IMG/VR virus record: IMGVR_UViG_3300047453_000251
Span: 1 to 29,433 of that record
Length of the DNA: 29,433 bases
Strand: one strand, 5' to 3'
Source: a virus
Taxonomy: Duplodnaviria; Caudoviricetes
Under the pieces are notes generated by a model. It was not told the DNA's origin, searched no databases, and saw only the letters and a list, made by a program, of their open reading frames with translations. The translations under genes and the position numbers were made by a program. Below, one piece after another: positions 7,775-16,557 of this stretch (the stretch's first letter is position 1; the number at the start of each line of letters is the position of its first letter).

Positions 7775-8414
7775 TTGACAACTCTATTTGTTTAGTTGGG
7801 TAACTATCTTGTAAAAGTTGATCGTGTGTTACCAGAAACACAATACCACCGTCATCACATACTGACTTAATTAAATCAGTAACTTGTGAACGACTAGACT
7901 GTTCTAATCCACTGTCGGGCTCGTCTAACAATAGTACACGAGGCGTTTTTAATTTTGCCTGTGCTAGTTCATTCTTCTTACGTTCGCCACCACTTGCTCC
8001 GTGATTGAAATCTCTTTGTGTCCAATCTTCAGGCAATGATAGTTCTTTAAATACACCTTTTGTTTGACGTATGATTTCAATCTTACGTGCATCAGGTGAA
8101 TCAAACTTTGCAAATTCACTAAACAAAGACAATGTGTTTACACCGTCTAGTGTTGGCGGTGATTGATGTGCAATAAAGAATCCATTACGTGATCTTTCAA
8201 AGCATTCCATGTCTAGTACATCTTCACCGTTAAATTCAATTTCTCCATCAACATCAATATCTGGACGTCCCATAATAGTATGTAATAAGGTACTCTTACC
8301 ACTTCCATTATGCCCTGTAACTAGAATACATTCGCCAGCATTTGCTTCTAAGTCAATACCATCAAGTATTTCTTTTCCGTTAATGCTTGCTTTTAGGTTT
8401 TTAATTTTGAGCAT
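7758..8414 (-). CDS. sufC: SufC ABC-type ATPase
   Basis: Walker A GHNGSGKST, Q-loop AHQSP, SGGERKKNE, Walker B LLDEPDSGL, VTH. Confidence 0.92.
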   Translation of the reverse strand: MLKIKNLKASINGKEILDGIDLEANAGECILVTGHNGSGKSTLLHTIMGRPDIDVDGEIEFNGEDVLDMECFERSRNGFFIAHQSPPTLDGVNTLSLFSEFAKFDSPDARKIEIIRQTKGVFKELSLPEDWTQRDFNHGASGGERKKNELAQAKLKTPRVLLLDEPDSGLEQSSRSQVTDLIKSVCDDGGIVFLVTHDQLLQDSYPTKQIELSNGQTL

Positions 8415-8709
8415 TCAATGCCTCCGCTAATGATTTATCATGGAACATATCTACCATGATATCGCTTCCACCTTGGAATTCTCCATCAATATAAAGTTGA
8501 GGAATTGTAGGCCATTCACTATATTCTTTAATATTTTCACGTAGTTCAGCATCTGCTAGTACGTTACGTGTTTCAAAGTCAGCACCTAATACTTCTAGTA
8601 TTTTTACTGCCTTCATACTAAATCCACACGCCGGAGCGTCTTTAGTACCTTTCATAAACAGAACTACTTTGTGTTCGTTTACTAAATTGTCAATTTCTTG
8701 TTTTGTCAT
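8401..8709 (-). CDS. grxD: Monothiol CGFS glutaredoxin (Grx4 family)
   Basis: [25 protein letters not shown]. Confidence 0.96.
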   Translation of the reverse strand: MTKQEIDNLVNEHKVVLFMKGTKDAPACGFSMKAVKILEVLGADFETRNVLADAELRENIKEYSEWPTIPQLYIDGEFQGGSDIMVDMFHDKSLAEALNAQN

Positions 8710-10130
8710 CCTATACTCCCTTCCATTTGGACTTCTAATAATTTGTTTGCTTCAGCGGCAAACTCTAATGGTAATGTGTTAAGTACTGAATCACAGAAGC
8801 CGTTAACAATAGTACTAACTGCTTGTTCAGGATCTAATCCTCTACTCATTAAGTAGTATAACACTTCTTCACTTACTTTACCTGTGCTTGCTTCGTGTTC
8901 AATTTGTGCTGTTTCATTAGCAACATCAGTATACGGAATAGTATTACTAATACTATTACCACCAATCATTAAACTATCGCACTGTGTAAAGTTCTTTGCG
9001 TTGTCAGCACCAGCACCCATTTTAACTAAGCCACGGTATGTATTTTTACTGTAACCTAATCCAATGCCTTTTGAAACAATAGTGCTTTTGGTATTCTTAC
9101 CAATGTGCCACATCTTTGTTCCTGTGTCTGCTTGTTGTCTACCTTTGGTTACTGCAACACTGTAGAACTCTCCTACACTGCCGTCACCTTTAAGTATACA
9201 ACTTGGGTACTTCCAAGTAACTGCACTACCTGTTTCAACTTGTGTCCAAGTAACACGACTGTTGTTGCCTCTACACATTGCACGTTTAGTTACAAAATTG
9301 TATATACCGCCTTTGCCATTTTCATCGCCTGGGTACCAATTTTGTACTGTGCTGTATTTTATTTCAGCATTTTCTAAAGTAACAAGTTCTACTACTGCGG
9401 CATGTAATTGATTTTCATCACGCATTGGTGCAGTACAACCTTCTAAGTAACTTACATAACTATCGTCGTCTGCAATAATAAGTGTGCGTTCAAACTGTCC
9501 TGTGTGTTCAGCATTGATTCTAAAGTATGTGCTTAGTTCCATTGGACACGTTGTGCCTTTTGGAATGTACACAAAACTACCATCTGAAAATACTGCACTG
9601 TTAAGACAACTAAAGTAATTGTCTTTTTGTGGAACAACACTGCCTAAATACTTTTTAACTAAGTCTGGATAGTCTTTTACTGCTTCACTAATACTACAAA
9701 ATATTACACCGTCTTCTAAAAGTATATCTTTAAAAGTAGTTGTAACACTTACACTGTCGTATACTGCATCAACAGCAACACCTGCTAGTTTTGCTTGTTC
9801 GTCTAATGGAATACCTAGTTTAGCAAAGTCTGCTAAAATTTCTGGATCTACTTCGTCCAAACTGTTTAGTAATTTTTTAGGACGACTGTGGTAATACAAT
9901 TCATCATATTTAATTTTTGGATAATCTACTTCTGCCCAATTAGGTTCTTTCATAGTCTGTAAGGCTGTAAATGCTTTAAGTCGCCATTCTAATAACCACT
10001 CAGGCTCGTTGTTCTTATCGCTTATCAATCTAATTGTTTCTTCAGAAAGTCCCTTACCAAGGTATTCTGTCTCTACATTGGAAGACCAACCAGCAGTATA
10101 CTCTTGTGAAACTTCTTTTTCTTCAATCAT
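8706..10130 (-). CDS. sufB: Fe-S cluster assembly scaffold SufB
   Basis: [72 protein letters not shown]. Confidence 0.98.
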   Translation of the reverse strand: MIEEKEVSQEYTAGWSSNVETEYLGKGLSEETIRLISDKNNEPEWLLEWRLKAFTALQTMKEPNWAEVDYPKIKYDELYYHSRPKKLLNSLDEVDPEILADFAKLGIPLDEQAKLAGVAVDAVYDSVSVTTTFKDILLEDGVIFCSISEAVKDYPDLVKKYLGSVVPQKDNYFSCLNSAVFSDGSFVYIPKGTTCPMELSTYFRINAEHTGQFERTLIIADDDSYVSYLEGCTAPMRDENQLHAAVVELVTLENAEIKYSTVQNWYPGDENGKGGIYNFVTKRAMCRGNNSRVTWTQVETGSAVTWKYPSCILKGDGSVGEFYSVAVTKGRQQADTGTKMWHIGKNTKSTIVSKGIGLGYSKNTYRGLVKMGAGADNAKNFTQCDSLMIGGNSISNTIPYTDVANETAQIEHEASTGKVSEEVLYYLMSRGLDPEQAVSTIVNGFCDSVLNTLPLEFAAEANKLLEVQMEGSIG

Positions 10131-10530
10131 TATGTATCACCTTTACTTTAGATTTCTTTAAAAATTCTATACCTACGCTACTTCGATATGCATCTTTATA
10201 ATATACAGTACTTATACCGCTCTGGTATATTAACTTAGCACATTCGATACAAGGAGCATGAGTACACAGTAATGTGGCATTTTTACCACTTTCGTGTGAA
10301 CTTGCTAACTTTGCAATAGCATTACTTTCTGCATGTAATACTTCAGGCTTAGATTTAAAGTGTTCATCTTCGCATGTATTATCCCATCCTGTGGGCATAC
10401 CATTATAACCAATACTAATAATGCGATCATCTTTAACAACAACAGCACCTACTTGTAAACGTTTGGCATGACTTAACTGTGCAAATCTTTCTGCTACGTC
10501 CATGTATGCATCTATAAACTTCTGCTTCAT
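10123..10530 (-). CDS. dCMP deaminase
   Basis: VGAVVVK, IGYNG, HAESNAI, PCIEC Zn ligands. Confidence 0.95.
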   Translation of the reverse strand: MKQKFIDAYMDVAERFAQLSHAKRLQVGAVVVKDDRIISIGYNGMPTGWDNTCEDEHFKSKPEVLHAESNAIAKLASSHESGKNATLLCTHAPCIECAKLIYQSGISTVYYKDAYRSSVGIEFLKKSKVKVIHND

Positions 10531-10745
10531 CTTTTTAACTGCTCAATCAAGTGTTCGTTTCTAGTATAGATATATTCCCAACTGCGTCCTTTAATAGGAG
10601 GTTTACCTAAATCATCATAATACGTGTGTTGAACATAGTACGGCGTTAGCCACATAAGTTTATGTGACCCACTGCGTGTAGGCCACCAAGCAAACTTTTC
10701 TTCAACAGTTCTCTGCGGATCAGCTTGCCAGTTTGCTCCCATCAT
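10527..10745 (-). CDS. Hypothetical protein (72 aa)
   Basis: Start reassigned to MMGANWQ via ATGA overlap with the thyX stop; FAWWP motif. Confidence 0.65.
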   Translation of the reverse strand: MMGANWQADPQRTVEEKFAWWPTRSGSHKLMWLTPYYVQHTYYDDLGKPPIKGRSWEYIYTRNEHLIEQLKR

Positions 10746-11416
10746 AAACTCTTTGCGATCGGAAACACTTCTGCTATTACTGTTGCACATGCTTTTGCAA
10801 CATCCATATGTTCTTTTTGTGTACCATTAGCACTGCGTAAATCAATGTAGTGTATCCAACTACGCAATGTACCGTTCATATACAAACGTGTTTTAGTAAG
10901 ACCTTCTGGCAATACTTTACGTGCTACTTCTTTAGCAATACCATTTTCGATTGCCCAGTCATATGCACGACCACATGTATAAATTACATCTTGTTGTAAT
11001 TCTTCCCACTTGACTACTAGTTCAGCCATACCATCTTCTGACAAGTCTAATTCAATAGAGTTTTGTCTATTTTTAATATCCTGCATACGTGGTTCACTTG
11101 TAATAAACACTTCGCCCATTTCACCTGGCTCTGCATAGCGTTGACTGAATTCTTGAAACGCAAAACTTCTGTGTCGCACAATTTGGTGTGCAATGTCTCT
11201 TGTAGTTTCAATTTCAATTACAGCATTTACCATTTCTAACGGTGACCAATGCTGATGTTTGATCAAATACTTAATCAAACGTTCACTTGTTTCTGTATTA
11301 ATTTGTGCCGCAGGGTTTGATACCTTTGCACAAAATGCAACAAGCTCTTGAAGATCTGTTAAACCTTCTTGTGCAAATTCTGGTGTTGCTTGCGAATAAC
11401 TTACTAGTTTAGCCAT
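10742..11416 (-). CDS. thyX: Flavin-dependent thymidylate synthase
   Basis: HWSPLE, RHRSFAFQEFSQRY (RHR-x7-S), EVARKVLP, TQKEH. Confidence 0.97.
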   Translation of the reverse strand: MAKLVSYSQATPEFAQEGLTDLQELVAFCAKVSNPAAQINTETSERLIKYLIKHQHWSPLEMVNAVIEIETTRDIAHQIVRHRSFAFQEFSQRYAEPGEMGEVFITSEPRMQDIKNRQNSIELDLSEDGMAELVVKWEELQQDVIYTCGRAYDWAIENGIAKEVARKVLPEGLTKTRLYMNGTLRSWIHYIDLRSANGTQKEHMDVAKACATVIAEVFPIAKSL

Positions 11417-11600
11417 GTTTACTTAAATCCTCTCCATTGCGACCACGGTCTCTATTACCGTCGCCATTAAGCTCTGTTAAATCTTGTTGTTTTATTTTTT
11501 GATCTTTGTTGCCAAAGATTTTATCATAGTTGTCTCGATACTTTTCTGTAGGAGTCTTGCTTCTTAGTTCGTCCCCAGTTATATCGTTTCGTGTCGTCAT
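11409..11600 (-). CDS. Small hypothetical phage protein
   Basis: NDITGD...[10 protein letters not shown]; overlaps both neighbours. Confidence 0.7.
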   Translation of the reverse strand: MTTRNDITGDELRSKTPTEKYRDNYDKIFGNKDQKIKQQDLTELNGDGNRDRGRNGEDLSKHG

Positions 11601-11947
11601 TTTATTTCCTTAAGAGGTATAATACCAAACTCTTCATATTTGTTAGGATATCCATCCCATTTGTCGTGGTCGTCCAAAGGCGCAATTTGTTCAGCAAGTA
11701 CCGGAGCACCTGAATCAACAACTTTACGGTTTATGTCATCCCACTTCTCTCGTTCTTCACTACGCAATTCAGTATCCTCAAAGATAGCACCAACTGGACA
11801 TTCTGGAACACAGACTCCACAGTCAATACATTCTTCAGGATTGATTGCGAGAAAGTTTTCTGCCTCATAGAAGCAGTCTACTGGACAGACTGCTACACAG
11901 TCTGTATGTTTGCATTTAATGCAGTTGTCTGTTACTAAGTATGTCAC
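11597..11947 (-). CDS. fdxA: FdxA-type dicluster ferredoxin
   Basis: [18 protein letters not shown] and [12 protein letters not shown]; GTG start overlapping the upstream TAG. Confidence 0.93.
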   Translation of the reverse strand: MTYLVTDNCIKCKHTDCVAVCPVDCFYEAENFLAINPEECIDCGVCVPECPVGAIFEDTELRSEEREKWDDINRKVVDSGAPVLAEQIAPLDDHDKWDGYPNKYEEFGIIPLKEIK

Positions 11948-12861
11948 TACAACCTCGCTAGTTTAATTAGCACTGCGGCTAAGTTTATCTCCGGATCAAC
12001 AACAAGTGTATGATCCACCAGTCCTTGTTTAATAATTAGCACTGCTTGATCCTGCTGGGTATCATCTCCGAACAGCGATATGTTATCATACAACCATCGG
12101 TAAACTTCTTCCATCTCTTCAGGACGAATAGCGCCACATAGCAATTTACGTGCTTCTTGAATCTTGCCTGCTTTAAACAATTCAACCATGTCAAGTTTCC
12201 AATCACTTTCACCTGTATCTCCTTCATTAGGAGCAAGTAGTGATCCGTCTTGCACGTTCATCTGTACCATATTTATGCACTTACGTAAGTCAGGGTATGT
12301 TGCTTTTACATAGGTATCGAGCGTATCCAAATCAGGAGTAACACCTTCGGTAATAAGTATTTCAGCGACTCGAGCTGTGAACTCTGTTTGGTCAATTTTA
12401 GCAATGTGAAAACCTTGACACCTACTATGCAAAGCGGGAATAACACGATTTGGATAGTTACAAGTAAGAATGAAACGAGAAGTAGTATGATACTCTTCCA
12501 TAACACCACGCAACGCCGCTTGAGCGTTTGGGCTAAGATAGTCTGCCTCATCTAGTAATACAACCTTAAAGTCCCCAAATGGGATCATCTGTACAAAGTT
12601 TACAATTTTATCACGTACATCATCTACTGAGTTTGTTCGCGATGCGTTTATTTCTAAAATGTCTAAGTCATTCAAATCTAATTCATTAAACAATAATTTA
12701 GCAAGTGTTGTCTTACCAATACCTGCGTTACCACTAAACAGCAAATGCGGAATAGTTTTTTCTTTAATCCAGTTTTTTACTTGACTGCGTTGTGCTTCAT
12801 CACGAAATACGTAACCATCTACTGTTTTCGGACGATACTTTTCTACCCATAATTCTTTCAT
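11947..12861 (-). CDS. Sliding-clamp loader ATPase subunit (RFC small / T4 gp44-like)
   Basis: [35 protein letters not shown] arginine finger, DLRKCIN. Confidence 0.95.
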   Translation of the reverse strand: MKELWVEKYRPKTVDGYVFRDEAQRSQVKNWIKEKTIPHLLFSGNAGIGKTTLAKLLFNELDLNDLDILEINASRTNSVDDVRDKIVNFVQMIPFGDFKVVLLDEADYLSPNAQAALRGVMEEYHTTSRFILTCNYPNRVIPALHSRCQGFHIAKIDQTEFTARVAEILITEGVTPDLDTLDTYVKATYPDLRKCINMVQMNVQDGSLLAPNEGDTGESDWKLDMVELFKAGKIQEARKLLCGAIRPEEMEEVYRWLYDNISLFGDDTQQDQAVLIIKQGLVDHTLVVDPEINLAAVLIKLARL

Positions 12862-13022
12862 CTGTTTTCCTGTTGTAATCTAAATTGACAATACATATGT
12901 CCCCACAAGTATTCGTATATCATATATGCTAGTATAGCACCAAAGATAGGAATTGTAAAGAAGAAATACATAATAAGATATGCGTATACTACTGCCGCCG
13001 GATAGTCATACCATCTAATCAA
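12858..13022 (-). CDS. Small membrane protein (54 aa)
   Basis: Start reassigned to TTG at 13022 behind GGAG; hydrophobic core. Confidence 0.6.
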   Translation of the reverse strand: MIRWYDYPAAVVYAYLIMYFFFTIPIFGAILAYMIYEYLWGHMYCQFRLQQENR

Positions 13023-13023
13023 A

Positions 13024-13203
13024 TTATTCGTCTCCGCGTTCTTTGGCTTCTTTCTTCTTTTTACGTCTTGCGTAAAATCCGCCTTTGTAATCAATTTCTT
13101 CAGAACGTTGTCCTGCTTCGTAGTAGGTTATCTTTCCGCCGTTTTTTAAATATTCTTGGACGAGTCTATCGTCTGCGGTCTCCTCTTTTGCTACACGTTT
13201 CAC
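13024..13203 (-). CDS. Small protein (59 aa) with SutA-like RNAP-binding motif
   Basis: Read by hand from GTG (GTGA overlap): MKRVAKEETADDRLVQEYLKNGGKITYYEAGQRSEEIDYKGGFYARRKKKKEAKERGDE. Confidence 0.65.
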   Translation of the reverse strand: MKRVAKEETADDRLVQEYLKNGGKITYYEAGQRSEEIDYKGGFYARRKKKKEAKERGDE

Positions 13204-13736
13204 CTTTGTACTCCTAACTCCTTGTACGCAACCTGGATTGCTTTTGATTGATAATAAGCATCCGCTAGTGCGTTATGCAAATCGTTTTGTATTGCTTTAC
13301 GTGGATCTTTCTCGCAACATGCAAAAAGTGTTCTAGAATCTCTTATTTGCCAGAAGTTCCACGGAATAGGTTTTCCGCCTTGGCGGAACATGTCTTCCAT
13401 AATGGTATAGTCAAAACCGTATCCTTGTCCCCAAAACGTATCAACACCAACACTAAACTTACTAATTTGCTTTAAAGCCTCATCTACTGTAACTGCTCCT
13501 GTTTGGTCAAACGCTTCTTCACGTATCTCCGGTTTTTGTTTCGCCCACCACTCTATGGTGTCGTCACTTGCACTGCGACCTAACCTATCTTGGTCGTCTA
13601 TGCTAATTTTAATATAGAATTCTGAGTGCGGTTCGCCGTTAGTTTTTGGATCAAACTTAACACCACCTAGACTTAATACAGTAGCACCTGGCTTTGTATC
13701 AATAGTTTCTAAGTCAATTGTTGCGTGAATAGCCAT
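13200..13736 (-). CDS. DEDDh 3'-5' exonuclease (Rv2179c/RNase AS-like)
   Basis: IDLET, TIEWWAKQ, GFD, PWNFWQIRDSRT, HNALADA. Confidence 0.88.
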   Translation of the reverse strand: MAIHATIDLETIDTKPGATVLSLGGVKFDPKTNGEPHSEFYIKISIDDQDRLGRSASDDTIEWWAKQKPEIREEAFDQTGAVTVDEALKQISKFSVGVDTFWGQGYGFDYTIMEDMFRQGGKPIPWNFWQIRDSRTLFACCEKDPRKAIQNDLHNALADAYYQSKAIQVAYKELGVQR

Positions 13737-13738
13737 TT

Positions 13739-13897
13739 TTATTTCCTATTCTCTTGTCCAATGCCTGAAATAATTAACATTACATATAGCAAAGGCCAGC
13801 CCCAACCTGTAATGTATCCGCTTAAATGTAGTACTAATAGGGCTACGCCTGTTGCACCGGTAGTACCAATACCGCTTGTTTGCGATGATATTTTCAT
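13739..13897 (-). CDS. Small two-TM membrane protein (52 aa)
   Basis: Read by hand: MKISSQTSGIGTTGATGVALLVLHLSGYITGWGWPLLYVMLIISGIGQENRK; AGGAG RBS; first gene after the sigma70 promoter. Confidence 0.75.
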   Translation of the reverse strand: MKISSQTSGIGTTGATGVALLVLHLSGYITGWGWPLLYVMLIISGIGQENRK

Positions 13898-13920
13898 AGA
13901 ATCTCCTAACGTTTATACAT

Positions 13921-13949
13921 ATTATAACGCATAAACTGTTAGGAGTCAA
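13921..13949 (-). promoter_or_regulatory. Near-consensus sigma70 (early) promoter
   Basis: TTGACT-N17-TATAAT with AT-rich upstream tract, intergenic. Confidence 0.85.
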
Positions 13950-13965
13950 GTATTATTTTAAGTTT

Positions 13966-14319
13966 TTAGATAAAATTGGTAAGTTCAGGTGCTTTCCAGC
14001 CTTCTGGCTTTAGTACTTTACCATCTTCACGTTTAATAACTTTGCCTGTAGTTGGATCTATTTTAGCAAAGTTTGTGTCCATTACTTCTTTCCATGCACC
14101 TTCGGCGTTCATTCCGCCTGCTCGAACTGCACCTATTGTAACAACTAAGATATCAATCAATGCATCTAACTGTTCAATTCTGTCGTTGTCTGCAATAGCA
14201 TCTTCTAGTTCGCCTACTTCTTCTCGAATTAAATCAAGATACATCTTATAGTTTGCTTCGCTTGGTGCTTGATCGCATGCCGTTGCGAATTTATTAATAT
14301 CTTCAAATACGTTTGTCAT
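13966..14319 (-). CDS. MazG-like NTP pyrophosphohydrolase (PRA-PH / DR2231-like)
   Basis: EEVGEL, EQLDALIDI, EVMDTNFAK, REDGKVLKPEGW; start reassigned to MTNVF behind AAGGA. Confidence 0.88.
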   Translation of the reverse strand: MTNVFEDINKFATACDQAPSEANYKMYLDLIREEVGELEDAIADNDRIEQLDALIDILVVTIGAVRAGGMNAEGAWKEVMDTNFAKIDPTTGKVIKREDGKVLKPEGWKAPELTNFI

Positions 14320-14327
14320 TTGTTTCC

Positions 14328-14735
14328 TTATGCGTTTATGAAATCTTGTGGATTGATATCTACTGATCCACCGTTGGCTGTTTCGTCGCCAATTTGATGA
14401 TCGTTTGGTTTTTCGTCTGCCATTGCTAGTATACATTCATCGTCTACCATATGAATTGTAATTTCGCCTTCGTCGTCTGTTTCAACTTTCATACCACGTG
14501 TCCAACGTCCATGTTCAATTAGAACCCATTGATTCTTTTCGTAAGGATCATTGTTCTCAGGTCCTTTAGAATAAACTCTAGCCCAACGTGGATATATGCC
14601 ACGCTGTTTACCGTCGTCGCCTGCGATAATAATTCCACCTCTAGTAACTTGTTCACCAAAGTGCATATCAGTTACAAGTACTCGCTTACCGATTGCTCTT
14701 AAATTACCTTTTATTGCGTTTACATTAGTTGGCAT
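14328..14735 (-). CDS. groES: GroES-like co-chaperonin
   Basis: LRAIGKRVLV, EQVTRGGIII mobile loop, DECILA. Confidence 0.75.
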   Translation of the reverse strand: MPTNVNAIKGNLRAIGKRVLVTDMHFGEQVTRGGIIIAGDDGKQRGIYPRWARVYSKGPENNDPYEKNQWVLIEHGRWTRGMKVETDDEGEITIHMVDDECILAMADEKPNDHQIGDETANGGSVDINPQDFINA

Positions 14736-14745
14736 TGTTTTCCTC

Positions 14746-15330
14746 TTATTTTGTGTTGTCCCACCAGAGCCATCCGGTGATAATATATTTCGTATCTTCT
14801 TTTGCTATTTGTCCACGGTGTATATGTGTAAGTCCCGCAGGCCAAATAACTGTTTTGCCTTTTACTGCTTTTGTAGTTATCTCTTGGTGCATAAACTCAG
14901 TACCCCCATCTGGCACATCATTTAAGTAAGTCATATACACTAGAGCTCTATCACATGAAAGTTGTGTACCATCACAATGCCATTTATAAAAACCATCTCC
15001 TGGTTCATAGCATTGTATTTGTGGTAACTGTTGCATTGCAAGTTTACCAGCAAACTTTAAAGTTTGATACTTTTCTAAATATTGATCAATAAATCCACAC
15101 AGTTCTGTGTGATAGTCTGGCCACTTAAACATTTCTGCAGGGCCAAGTTTTTCTGCTTCGTGCATTGGAAAGTCTACACTTTTCTTTGTAGAATGATCAA
15201 CGGTGTCTGAGTCTCCAACAACACCGTCATTCGTCAAACCTCTTTTATAGCCTTCTTGATAAAGACCTAATAATGCATTGCAAATTGATTTATCGTTGAG
15301 CTCGTACTCCTCAATAAAACTGGGTAGCAT
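14746..15330 (-). CDS. 2OG-Fe(II) oxygenase
   Basis: WHCD, YLNDVPDGGTEF, HIHRG, KYIITGW. Confidence 0.92.
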   Translation of the reverse strand: MLPSFIEEYELNDKSICNALLGLYQEGYKRGLTNDGVVGDSDTVDHSTKKSVDFPMHEAEKLGPAEMFKWPDYHTELCGFIDQYLEKYQTLKFAGKLAMQQLPQIQCYEPGDGFYKWHCDGTQLSCDRALVYMTYLNDVPDGGTEFMHQEITTKAVKGKTVIWPAGLTHIHRGQIAKEDTKYIITGWLWWDNTK

Positions 15331-15747
15331 CTACTCACCTTTTGGTACAAAATTTCCGTTGTCGTCTTCGATCCATTCTTGATCATCGCCAAATTCTTCT
15401 GCTTCTTTTGCAGTAGGTTCTGGAGCCTGTTCAACTTTTGCTTGCGCTCTAGTTTGCTTTTTTGCTTTAGGCTTTTCTTCTACAACTTCATCTGCTTGTA
15501 TAGGTGCTGGTGATCTGCCAGGCATTTCTTCGTGTGCTATAGCATTGTTTGTTTCGTAGTACTCACGCATAAGTTCTTCACGCTTCTTAATGATTTTGCC
15601 ACCTGGGCCAATTTCATCACCACGTGCATTTACTCTTGCATTACCTACTGCTGGTGTTAATTCGTTACGTGCTTGTAAAAGATCCATATCGACCATTTTA
15701 CCACGCATGGTTTTATAAGTTTTTCTGCTGTTACCTTTTAGTGCCAT
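15331..15747 (-). CDS. Hypothetical phage protein
   Basis: AGGAG RBS, GATAAATA upstream, AVGNARVNARGD motif, acidic tail. Confidence 0.8.
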   Translation of the reverse strand: MALKGNSRKTYKTMRGKMVDMDLLQARNELTPAVGNARVNARGDEIGPGGKIIKKREELMREYYETNNAIAHEEMPGRSPAPIQADEVVEEKPKAKKQTRAQAKVEQAPEPTAKEAEEFGDDQEWIEDDNGNFVPKGE

Positions 15748-15774
15748 TTTATTCTCCTAATGGGGTTATATACG

Positions 15775-15782
15775 TATTTATC
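15775..15782 (-). promoter_or_regulatory. Late-promoter-like GATAAATA
   Basis: About 28 nt upstream of 15747, overlapping the preceding stop codon. Confidence 0.6.
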
Positions 15783-16308
15783 TAAGGAACTCACGCCAAT
15801 CCAGGTCATATTGGATTGAGTTTATTTTGTGTACTCCTATTATGTACAGTACATATGATGCTACTGAACTACCTCTACCTACACCCCATACAATATCATT
15901 CTCACGCATAAAGTCTACAAGATATATCATATAGCGTAATAGATTGTGCATATCACGTTCGCCATATGCTTCCATTTCTTCCCATATACGATCTTGTACG
16001 TGTTGTGGGCAGGGTGTTTCTGCTTTGCCTAGTACATATTCATATACATTGATGTCTTTGTATTCATCAGGCATAAACCATTCACTTTGACATACACCGT
16101 CAAAAGTCTGTTGATCTACATCTAATGGAATATATTTTTGTAATTTGTTAAGGCCTTGTTCTTCCATTGCCTTATTAAATTGTTCCACGTCATCACTTGG
16201 ATCGCACAGAACTACATGCACTTTGTCTGCATGTCCTGTATAGATCATATCTACTAGATCCTTGTTAGAGAATCGTGGGATACCGAAAGAGTCTGTTTTC
16301 ATAAGCAT
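15778..16308 (-). CDS. dnaE: DNA polymerase III alpha (DnaE)-like fragment, first half of the palm
   Basis: RIWEEM, YLVDFMRENDIVWGVGRGSSVASYVLYIIGVHKINSIQYDLDWREFL corresponds to DnaE VGPGRGSGAGSLVAYAL-x-IT-x-LDP-x3-LLFERFL. Confidence 0.85.
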   Translation of the reverse strand: MLMKTDSFGIPRFSNKDLVDMIYTGHADKVHVVLCDPSDDVEQFNKAMEEQGLNKLQKYIPLDVDQQTFDGVCQSEWFMPDEYKDINVYEYVLGKAETPCPQHVQDRIWEEMEAYGERDMHNLLRYMIYLVDFMRENDIVWGVGRGSSVASYVLYIIGVHKINSIQYDLDWREFLR

Positions 16309-16317
16309 ACAGTTAGT

Positions 16318-16557
16318 TTAACTGATATTAATTAAATTGTCAAGTCCTGATTCACCATTATCTTGGTTTTCTTGTTGACGCTTCTTTTCTGCTACCATAC
16401 GTGTTTCTAATTCTAGTTTGTACGTATCTAGTAGCATTGATATTTGTTCGTGTACTTGAGGATTGCGAGTTTGGAAAAATCGCTTGTTTAAAACTAAAAT
16501 TTTATCTTCTATTTCACTGGTAGAGAGATTGTCAGTACTTTCGAACAACGGGTGCAT
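16318..16557 (-). CDS. Hypothetical protein (79 aa)
   Basis: TAATG-coupled helical ORF. Confidence 0.75.
   Translation of the reverse strand: MHPLFESTDNLSTSEIEDKILVLNKRFFQTRNPQVHEQISMLLDTYKLELETRMVAEKKRQQENQDNGESGLDNLINIS

Noticed and set aside
5802-10130. SUF block as host contamination or a prophage flank
   Set aside because: sufB overlaps the phage dCMP deaminase gene, phage genes lie on both sides, and the gene order is atypical of hosts; read-level confirmation is still needed
13746-13949. 67-aa ORF from the track
   Set aside because: Its TTG start is the -35 box of the promoter; the 52-aa ORF 13739-13897 in another frame has a proper RBS
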